Part shown: one piece after another, positions 7,663-16,800 of the stretch
Position numbering within the stretch: the stretch's first letter is position 1
Layout of the letters: each line of letters opens with the position of its first letter
DNA from: a virus
Lineage: Duplodnaviria; Caudoviricetes
IMG/VR virus record: IMGVR_UViG_3300030060_005342
Location: 1 to 45,414 of that record
Length of the DNA stretch: 45,414 nt
Direction: 5' to 3' (one strand)
The notes under the pieces: generated by a model
Database searches by the model: none
What the model was told of the DNA's origin: nothing
What the model saw: only the letters and a program-made list of their open reading frames with translations
Position numbers and translations under genes: made by a program

Positions 7663-7891
7663 TTGGCAACCAAGTGCTTGCACTATTTGTGAGTCTCCTT
7701 TGGACGAAGAAAATGGTGACATCATTGGAGATTTTGGGATTATCCCTGTAGGGTTTTGTGTGTGGTGTATACCAGGTTTGGTTGACATGGTTATACAGCT
7801 TCAAGGTTTTGACGATAAACATGTTTTGGAGGAAAGATTAAATGATTTGGCCGAAGAAGAAGAGTACGAAAGTAAAGCATCTGCCTTTTAG
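7634..7891 (+). CDS. Putative Zn-binding hypothetical protein
   Basis: CTIC...GDFGIIPVGFCVWC. Confidence 0.7.
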   Translation: MKSEKNLDSNWQPSACTICESPLDEENGDIIGDFGIIPVGFCVWCIPGLVDMVIQLQGFDDKHVLEERLNDLAEEEEYESKASAF

Positions 7892-8015
7892 AAGACGCTT
7901 TGAGAAGGATTCAGGCATAACTCTTACTGCCTATGAATCGTTTATTTTGACAGCTTTGATAGTTTGTTTTGGTTTTATAGTTTATGGAATATGTGAGGTG
8001 ATTAGTTTTGGGTAA
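7842..8015 (+). CDS. 57-aa single-pass membrane protein (not in ORF track)
   Basis: GGAGG upstream; basic N-terminus then FILTALIVCFGFIVYGIC. Confidence 0.45.
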   Translation: MIWPKKKSTKVKHLPFRRRFEKDSGITLTAYESFILTALIVCFGFIVYGICEVISFG

Positions 8016-8142
8016 AAATTTACAAAGTGCTGTAAGAAAAATTGCCCATGAGCTTTCTGGGAACGGAAGGTGTTGGTGGATTGAGAAATATATAAAGAAC
8101 TCCTATATAAACAGGAGAAATAACCCTAAAAGGAGAAGATAA

Positions 8143-8319
8143 ATGGGAAGAGCAATTACGATGGAAAACGAACAAGAAAGAATTGTAGCTCAAATAACTG
8201 TTATTGAAAACAGAATGAGATTGATGGAAGATTGCATGGAAGAGTTGCTTAACAGGATAACACCGTTAATGGAGGAGAAGCCAGTTGAAAAAAAAGCAAA
8301 AAAGTCCAACAAAAAATGA
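8143..8319 (+). CDS. 58-aa coiled-coil hypothetical protein (not in ORF track)
   Basis: AAGGAG RBS; MGRAITMENEQERIVAQITVIENRMRLMEDCMEELL... Confidence 0.6.
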   Translation: MGRAITMENEQERIVAQITVIENRMRLMEDCMEELLNRITPLMEEKPVEKKAKKSNKK

Positions 8320-8521
8320 TATAGTTAAGGTTGTTGATATCTTAATACAAGAGTCTCAATGGACTCAAAGAAAATTAGATGGTCTAGCGTACGCTTTTAA
8401 CAGCTACATAGATATGAAAAAAGATACAGAAGAGTTTAATAAGCTAATAAAGGAAAAAGTAAAACAGGAGAAAGAAAGTGCTGAGTCTACAAAAAATGAT
8501 TCAAAAGGTTCTACAGGATAA
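8285..8521 (+). CDS. Hypothetical protein
   Basis: GGAGGAG RBS, TTG start. Confidence 0.65.
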   Translation: MKKKQKSPTKNDIVKVVDILIQESQWTQRKLDGLAYAFNSYIDMKKDTEEFNKLIKEKVKQEKESAESTKNDSKGSTG

Positions 8522-8675
8522 CAGTTGGGGTATCTATTATAAGATAGATGCTCTTGAAAAAATGAAAGCACAAGAAGGCTTGACTTTTTACAAGGTTAAC
8601 GAAGTCGACATGTCAAAATTCTTAGATGCTTTTCAAAATGTTATCAATGATTCGTTAGAAAATAAAGAAGAATAA
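8478..8675 (+). CDS. Hypothetical protein
   Basis: AGGAG RBS, GTG start; directly upstream of the helicase. Confidence 0.55.
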   Translation: MLSLQKMIQKVLQDNSWGIYYKIDALEKMKAQEGLTFYKVNEVDMSKFLDAFQNVINDSLENKEE

Positions 8676-8687
8676 AGGAAAATAAAT

Positions 8688-9995
8688 ATGGTCCCCTACG
8701 ATAAAGGTATCGAGGACAGAGTGCTGGGGGGAATCATTCATCATCCTAAAGAGATTGAGACTGTCAAAGGTTTTTTTGAAGACATATCGGTTTTGTCTCA
8801 AAGAGAATCAAAAGCTTTGTGGTTGATTTTAATTAGGATGCATAGGAGTGGTATCCCCATAAATCTAGCATCAGTGTGTTCTCAAGTAACAGATAAAGAT
8901 GTTAAAAAAGGATGTAACGCTTACTACGTTACAGGTTGCACGAAAGAAGCCTCACTAGAAGGAATGGTTTATCATCATGCTTCTATCATATATGAAAAAT
9001 ATCTATTAAGAAAAATAATTGTTGAGATGGATACATTAAAAAACGATGCCCTGTCCAACAATTCTGATGTATATGAAAACATATTAAAAACTCATAGTCT
9101 ATGTTCAAATTTAATCAATGCTAGACCATCAAGTAGGCCAGATGTGGAAGCGATGGTTACAGAGGCTATATTAGATTTAGAGCGTAGCGATACTAAACTC
9201 CTCAGTACTGGCTATGAGTCTCTTGACAGGTTCGCAGGTGGGTTAACAAGGGGAGAGATAACTATAGTAGGTGGTAGGCCTGGTCATGGTAAGACGACCT
9301 TTCTGCTAAATCTCCTCGCATCTATGTTGGACAAGGGTTTCAAAGTGGTCCTGTTCAACAGAGAGTTGCCTAACACTGAAGTTATTAAGAAGTTAATCTG
9401 CCTAGAATCTGGTGAGCTGTCTTATGGAATGATGAGAAAGGCAGTTTTTTCTCCAAGTGAACTTAAAAAATTAAAAGATGCAAAAGATACTTTGGTTAAA
9501 AAGTTTAGCTCAGACAAGTTTTTAATGTTTGATAACTTAAAAAATTTCAGTAAATCATCTACTGAGGTTAAAAAGTTTAAGCCAGATGTTATATTTGATG
9601 ATTATATACAGCTCATAGATACAGGTAATAGCAAGCTTGATAGGAGACTACAGCTTGAGAGACTGTGTAATGATTATAAATGGCTTGCAAAAGAGTCTAA
9701 TGCCGCAGTAGTTCTTGCGTCACAATTAAATAGACAATTAGAGTATAGAGGGTCAAATGTAAGGCCTCAGTTGTCTGACTTGGCAGAGAGTGGTGCAATT
9801 GAGCAGGTTGCAGAGAATGTTTTCTTTACATATTACGACTACAAGGTTAACCCGTTAAAAGGATTGGGTAAAGATAAACTGCAAATCGTTGCAAGTAAGG
9901 TAAGGTATGGTGACACAGGTGATGTCATACTAAAGTTTGAAGGTGATAAATGTAAAATATCGGAGGATTATGATGGGCAAGTCAGCCACCTATAG
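8688..9995 (+). CDS. dnaB: Replicative DnaB-family helicase
   Basis: N-terminal helical domain; Walker A GGRPGHGKT, IFDDYIQL, ASQLNR, RPQLSDLAESGAIEQ, KVRYG. Confidence 0.95.
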   Translation: MVPYDKGIEDRVLGGIIHHPKEIETVKGFFEDISVLSQRESKALWLILIRMHRSGIPINLASVCSQVTDKDVKKGCNAYYVTGCTKEASLEGMVYHHASIIYEKYLLRKIIVEMDTLKNDALSNNSDVYENILKTHSLCSNLINARPSSRPDVEAMVTEAILDLERSDTKLLSTGYESLDRFAGGLTRGEITIVGGRPGHGKTTFLLNLLASMLDKGFKVVLFNRELPNTEVIKKLICLESGELSYGMMRKAVFSPSELKKLKDAKDTLVKKFSSDKFLMFDNLKNFSKSSTEVKKFKPDVIFDDYIQLIDTGNSKLDRRLQLERLCNDYKWLAKESNAAVVLASQLNRQLEYRGSNVRPQLSDLAESGAIEQVAENVFFTYYDYKVNPLKGLGKDKLQIVASKVRYGDTGDVILKFEGDKCKISEDYDGQVSHL

Positions 9996-10464
9996 ATACA
10001 TAGGTATAGACCCAGGTAAATCTGGGGGAATAACAGTAATAGATACAAAAGATGGAAGTATGGAGGCAGTTAAATGCCCAGAAAGAACAATTGATATGGC
10101 TACAATGTTCTATTCTTTTGTAGGAGATGAGCCAAACAATGTAAGATTGTTAATGGAAAAGGTGTGGGCTAGACCAAACAATGCAACAAGGTCAGCATTC
10201 ACATATGGGGTTAATTATGGCCAATGGTTAGGTATAGCTGCGGCAGCAGAGGTTCCAATGTATACGGTAATACCTTCTGCTTGGATGACAGCGATTGGTT
10301 GCAAAAAGGGCATGGACTATTCAGAGAGAAAAAAATGGCTCAAAGCAAAAGCCCAAAAACTATATCCTAATACAAAGGTTACACTATATACAGCGGATTC
10401 AATACTAATAGCACACTATGGAAAAGAAACATTTTTTGATGAAATATCTTCTGAAGATGCATGA
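9970..10464 (+). CDS. RuvC-like Holliday junction resolvase
   Basis: YIGIDPGKSGG...MEKV...FTYGVNYG...ADSILIA; GGAGG RBS before ATG 9970/9973. Confidence 0.85.
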   Translation: MMGKSATYRYIGIDPGKSGGITVIDTKDGSMEAVKCPERTIDMATMFYSFVGDEPNNVRLLMEKVWARPNNATRSAFTYGVNYGQWLGIAAAAEVPMYTVIPSAWMTAIGCKKGMDYSERKKWLKAKAQKLYPNTKVTLYTADSILIAHYGKETFFDEISSEDA

Positions 10465-10507
10465 GCTCTTTGGAGGAATACAAATAATAAAAGAAGGGGA
10501 ATGGTAT

Positions 10508-10894
10508 ATGCCAAACATAGAAGAGTTAAAGAAGTTTGACATTGACTTAGCTTTTGGAGAAAAGGGAGAAAGATTTGTGAAAAAAGTTCTTCAAGGCAAT
10601 GGTAAAGTTGAGGTTAAAACAGAAAGAGATAAATGGGCAGGGACAGGCAATATTGCAATAGAGATAAGATGCAATGGTAAGTTGTCTGGGTTGTCAGCCA
10701 CAGAATCGCAAACATGGGTTCATTTATTGTCTGTTGATGATAAGATAATAGGTGGGTTTATATTCGATGCTGATTACTTAAAAGGTATGGTTAAAAAGGT
10801 TGTTGCAAATGGTAAGGCCAAGATAACTAAGGGTGGTGACTTTAATGCAAGTCAGATGGTACTAATACCAATAGAAGAATTATTTAAGATTTAA
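10508..10894 (+). CDS. Conserved phage protein with a PD-(D/E)xK-like motif
   Basis: FDIDLxFGEKGE...VEVKTERD.W..TGNIAIE; start uncertain (frame is open from 10418). Confidence 0.7.
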   Translation: MPNIEELKKFDIDLAFGEKGERFVKKVLQGNGKVEVKTERDKWAGTGNIAIEIRCNGKLSGLSATESQTWVHLLSVDDKIIGGFIFDADYLKGMVKKVVANGKAKITKGGDFNASQMVLIPIEELFKI

Positions 10895-13800
10895 AAGATT
10901 TTCATAATATTTACTAGAATCAAAATCTTTCTTTATTAAATCTATTTCAAAGTCATCGTAATCTACGTTTAACTTTTTCCTGTATTCATTGATTTTATCA
11001 AGAACTTTTCTAGCTCTTTTAGCATACTCAAGTTCTGCAGCTTCTGATTCTTTTTTCCATTGTGCTGTTGCTTCAGCACCATTAATATCTTCATAGTGTT
11101 TCCAATATCTCAAGGCTCTTCTCTTGGCCTGCTTACCTTTCTTTATATTTAAGCTAGCTTCAAAAGCAGGATTCTGTTTCTTTAATCGTTTTTTCATTTC
11201 TTTGGATGCTGATTTAAGTGCATCGTCCCAATTTCTTATAAAGTATTCACCATCATCTGTTCTACCTTCTTTGTAATAGTGACCTGCTAACATGTGTAAT
11301 GCAATTAAATATTCTCTTGCAGACCTGTCTATATCTCCTGCAGTAAATGCTTCGTTAAAAGCTCTGTAGTATTTACCATTAATATTTTTTCCAAATTCAG
11401 CAGCACTTCTATCTGGATAAACATCTTCCATATATTGTCTCCAAGACTTGTTCATCCGTCTTTCTGTTTTTCTAAAATCAGATTTATCTGCAATTCTTTT
11501 GTTCATTTTTTGATAAGAGTTGTAAACAATAACTGTTCTTTTAAGAAAATCTTCTGCTGCTTCTCCAGCAAACTTTTCTCCAGAAGCTGTTGCATGAATA
11601 GCTTTGTACAAGTTTAAACCAGCATCTACAATAGAAGGAGTTATGTTTACCCTATCATCATTTTCTCCAAGCAAACCAACAAGCTCTGAACCAATACCTA
11701 GAAATTCTCCTGTATGCAATAGCGTTGATATGTATTTAACGCCTACGCTTCTTTCATCTGGAAGCTGGTCTTGGTCAAATATAGCATCCCATATACCAAG
11801 TAAACTATATCCAGAAAGAAGAGGAATGAGTCCTTGCATAGCAAGTTTTAAATATTGTCCATTCTTTAAAGCAAGACCTGCGTTTCGTGCAGTGTTTCTT
11901 GTTGCAGCGTAAGCCATACGTCTAAACAGTGTAAGTGGCTTTGAGTACGCACCTGATGCCCAAGTAGGCATGAACAAACTAACAGATGCACCTTGAGTAT
12001 TGACGTGTGACATTAATTGAGATTTCTTGTACACATTGTCAAGTTTTCTAATTTCTGAAGACTTTCTTAAATTGTTTGCAAATTTTTCACCAGAGGCATT
12101 TATAGCATCTTGAGCGTTAAAATTCTTAGAGCCATATTTTCTAAGTAGCTCAACTTCTGCAGGAGTCATTTCATAAAACTTATCAAGGTAGTCAAGAGAC
12201 TTTTTATAAACTTTGCTATTAGATTTATACTTTCTAATGTTGTCTACATGACCTTTAAAATCTACCCTTCCAACAGCTACAGCAAAATACCTGTTAAAGT
12301 TCTCAGTAGGTCTCATACCTCCAGCTTTAAATACTTGGTCCAAAGCTCTTCCTGCTGCAAATGATTGATACTCTCTCATACCTATATCTGTAGCACCCAG
12401 AGCCACAACTTCTTTTCTAAAATTTGCATCCATTACAGTGGACAGCTCGCTCATTAAATGTCTTGTTTTAAATGCTGCTCCTGTTTGACCTGTACCTAAT
12501 ACAAAGTTTTTAAATCCTGATGTAGGAGAACTTAGACCAACCTTAGCTAAAACTGATGCTGCATTACCAACCCATCCTGCCCAAGGGCTAGGGTCAGATT
12601 GACGATTAACACCTATCTCTTCTTTTATAATTTTTTCAATGGTTCCTCTCCACTTATCGTTTTGAATCTTAGATAAGATGTCAATCATACCTGTACCACT
12701 AAAACGACCCTGCTTTAAACCTTTTATGTTTACAAGCTCAGGAAATATATTCATGTTTGCAAGAAGCTTAGAGAATCCAACTGCATATCTTTTAGCTGTA
12801 GGCTCCCAATCAGTTTCATATACTTTAATTTTTTTACCACCAATCTCTATTCTTGATGGTAGTTTTGCGTTTCTTTTCTCTACAAACCTAGATGTAAACT
12901 TATCAGGTGAAAAGTCTAGTATTTGTTGAGCATCTTGTTTAACCTCAACCTCAAAATCTAATCTAAATTGTTCCCAATCCTCAACACCTTCTTTCTTAGC
13001 CTTTAATTTTGAACGCTTTTGTATCTCACCTTCTATCCATTTTTCAAGATAAGGACTGTTCATTCTTAAATATCTTTTTGCTTCAGGAGTTAACTGCCTT
13101 GTTATGTATATGCCATCCTCAACCCATTTAACCATACCGCTTTCTTTAAAGTATTCGTAACCAGCTTCCCCTAGATGCTCTCTTACTAAAGACTTAAATT
13201 CATTTGCATAATTTTTAGTAAAATTAATATACTCATTTACAACCTGTCCTTCTGCTGTATCTAAATTAAGAAAGTCTTCTCTCTTAGAGTTTTTAATTTT
13301 CATAGGTTTTTCAGATGTAACCCATTCTGGTTTAAATGCTTTGTTTATAAATTCTTTTTCTGAGGCCTTTAGATAATTATTGTTTCTGTGTTCAATATAA
13401 ACCTGATGGTCAAGCAAGTACATCATATTACGAGTTGAATTTTTCTCTACAAATATTCCTTTTTCCCAGTTAGGTAATTTTGAAGCAGCAAACTCTTCAA
13501 ATGTTTTAAAAGCACCATTGTACGAACCTTCAACAGCTAATCTTGTTGCGAATTTTTTAGCAAGTTTATCTTGTCCTAGCATTTTTAAAAGTTTATCAGT
13601 AGGTATTGCCCACTTAACAAGTTCAGGTTGCCCTTTGTATAATCTGGAAATAAATGGCTGATTAGCTTTTTCCGCAATCTCTGCAAGAACCTTGTCATCA
13701 ATATAGTCAAGAGTAGTTTTTTTAGGAGCTTTATACATGTTGTTAATAATTGACTCATATGCACTTAACTGTGCTTCACTAGAGTTGTATATCTTACCTT

Positions 13801-16800
13801 CAAACACACCAAGGCTTTTAAGAATATCTTTTTGCTGGTCTCTTGTTATGTCGACACTTTTGTCTCTTCTTTTAAAATTTATATCGCCAACCCTATTCAT
13901 GAACTTTAATGCATCACTTCTAGCAACCTCTTTGCCCGTATCAGTCTTTTTAAGAAATTCATAAAAATGAATTAAGTCTTCAGGTTTTGCATTCTTTATT
14001 CTAAAATCTCTTCCTAGTCCAACTAGGTCACCCATTTGACCTTGGCCAGCTACATCAGTAAGCCCTTCTTTTTTACGAACTTTGTTCCACAATTTTTTAA
14101 CGTCAGCTTCTAGCTCTGGACCTGTTAGGCCTGAAAATCTAGTTGGACCCTCAATAACTCTGTTAGACTCAAAACCTTTCCATACATCTTTACCCATTAT
14201 CCGTATAATATCTTTTTGATTTAATGCATCTTTTCCAAAAAATAATCGTTTAGCTTGTGACCATATTTGTTGCAACCAGTTGCCAACCTTCTTCATACCT
14301 TTAGCTGTTTCTCTGCCTGCAGCATAATCAGCAATTCTATCTGCAAGAAACTCTTCCATTACATATTCCTTGTATGCTTTTTCTCCAAGCTTGCTTTTAG
14401 AAATACCTAACCTTCTTGCAACTTCTTCACGTGAATATTGTTCAAAATATCCTCTTCTTCTAGCATCAGATTCAAACCTAGCTTCACCACTTTTCCATAA
14501 AGACTGAAGGTTTTTATTGCCAGTAGAGTATATCATATCTTTATATCTATGAGCATTCTCATGGTAAAATGTTTTAATTCCAGCTTTGCCTATAGTAACT
14601 GTAACAATGCCATCTTGAAACTTACCCGCATACTCAGCTTCAACATTTGTCTTTATCTCTAGTCCAGGATTTTTTCTTTGCTCGCCTTCAAGCCACTCTT
14701 TATATTTCTCAGCATTTTCAAATGTTAATTCATTTTCAGGTACTTCACTTTTTAGTTTTCCTTTATTTTTAGATTTAATTTGTGGGTCTGTAAGGCTAGG
14801 ATGTTTTATTTTTGCTAAATAACTATTATCAACAGCAACCTCGTTTCTACGCATAGCCCCTTCTACATGTTTTCTAAATGCAGCTTGAAGCTGTTCTGCT
14901 TCTATTTTAATATTAGATTTTTTACCTGTTGGGGTTCTTGGTATGTATTCTCCGTCTGTAACATTTTTACTTTTTACTATTTTTTCATAAATATCTTTAA
15001 CATTTTGTATTGATAGATATTTATTGTCAGTAGGTTTGTCTGCAAACTTGCCCTCTATTGCTTTCTTCCCTGTCATCATATCAACAAATTGTTTATGAAC
15101 ATATTCGTAAGCGTCAAATAATTCTTGACTTTTTCTGTCATAAAACTTTGCATCAACATCAACTCCTTTACGCCCCATAACCCAGTCTTTAATTTTCTTG
15201 GCATCAATCCTTACATCTCTACCTCGAATAGATATTGATTGTCCGTCATAAAGGTCTATAAAGTTTGTAAAAGTTTTTCTTATGGCTGCTGGCGTTGTTC
15301 CTTTCATTATACCAGCCTCAGCAAACACTTCCCTAATTGCTTTGTTGTACGCCTCTACAGTTAAAGGTTTATTTTTATTACTTTGGTTCATCCAAAAAAC
15401 AAATTCAAGACTTTCGCCACCTGGTCCTATAAATGTAAAATCTTCACCAATTTTTTTCTTGTTTTTTTCTCCAATTGATTCAATTAAATTCTTTAAATCT
15501 TTAGATATTATAACTTTTTTATAAGGCTGACCTCTGTGATAAGTTTTTGGCAGTTGTTGGAGCAATATATACATTGTCTCTCCAGACCCTTGATTTGTTT
15601 CAGGGGTAACCATATCTGTATGAGTTCCTTGAGGAGGTCTTTTAGGTCTAGCCTTACTGCCATTGTCTCCAGGTTTAGCCCATGAAGGTATTTTTACAAA
15701 ATACGAACCTACGTCTTCAGGAGCTCCCAATATTTTATTAAAAGCTTTAAGTTTTCTTACAAGCCTATTTACATCTTCAGGAACTGTTGACTTTTTATTT
15801 ACAATTACAGCTTCCATAAACTGGTCAGCTGTAGCTTTATTAAGACTAATTCCTTTTTCAGCTAATGATTCAGCAATTGACATCAAACCTTTTACATGAC
15901 GATTATAATCAGACGTTTCAAACAGGCTTCCTTTTATTTTTCCTTCAATACCCATAGTCTCTAAAGTCATAAGAACATAATCTCTATTCTCTAGCCAAGC
16001 TTGTTTTTGGGCATCAGTAAAGTTTTCAGGAGCCTCCTTGTTATATAGTTCTTTATAAGGTTTTTCAGCTGCTTCATACTCATCAGATTTCTCTGCCTTC
16101 TCCAATTTTTCTTTTAATTTGTCTGGAGTGCTAGCTTTTGATTCTGTTTTAGTAAGTTTAGGGCCAGCAACAGGCAATTCAGGTGTTTCGCTAAGTTTTT
16201 TTACCAAATCCTTAGATGCCCTTCCAAACCCATCTACATTTTCTGCAGAATCTTTTGCTTTACTTAAATCTATATTATATTTTTTTGCCATATCTTCAAT
16301 CAGCAAATCTTTATTACTTTCAAATTGTTTTAGATGTTCAAGTATTTCTGTAGGCTCTGATTTTAATAAAGCAAACTCAGCTTCACGTCTTCCGTTTTCT
16401 GTGGTTAAATCAAATTCTTTTATAGACTCAGGTTTGTCAGCAATTTTATTAGGAGATTTGTTGCCAAATGGGCCTTTAGTTTTATGACTTTGAGAAGTAG
16501 GGTCTGGGACTGAAGGACTTTCATTATATATAGTTTCTGTAATTAGTTTGTCATGCTCTAATAATGATTTATACTTAGTCTCAAGACCTGTTTTCCATAT
16601 CTTCTTATCAATATCAGTAAGCTTAACATTGTTTTCTTTTTCATAAAATTCAAAATACTTCTCTGCTTCTTTATCTATAACTTTTTTAGTTACAGGGTCA
16701 AGATATTTTTCAGCAAAACCCATCCATCCAAGCTTTACTCCACCTGTCGCCACATTTTCTATATACCATTTTGTTTCTTCGGGTGTCCATTTTTCAACAG

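Noticed and set aside
1124-7788. Minus-strand ORFs in the early region (e.g. 1124..1321, 1658..2011, 4908..5111, 7450..7788)
   Set aside because: Phe/Leu/Ile-rich mirror translations of A-rich + strand genes; their apparent hydrophobicity is an artefact.
818-10894. Bacteroidota host assignment based on low GC
   Set aside because: Most genes have strong GGAG/GGAGG Shine-Dalgarno sites and the promoters look sigma70-like, which argues against it; the host cannot be determined from this sequence.
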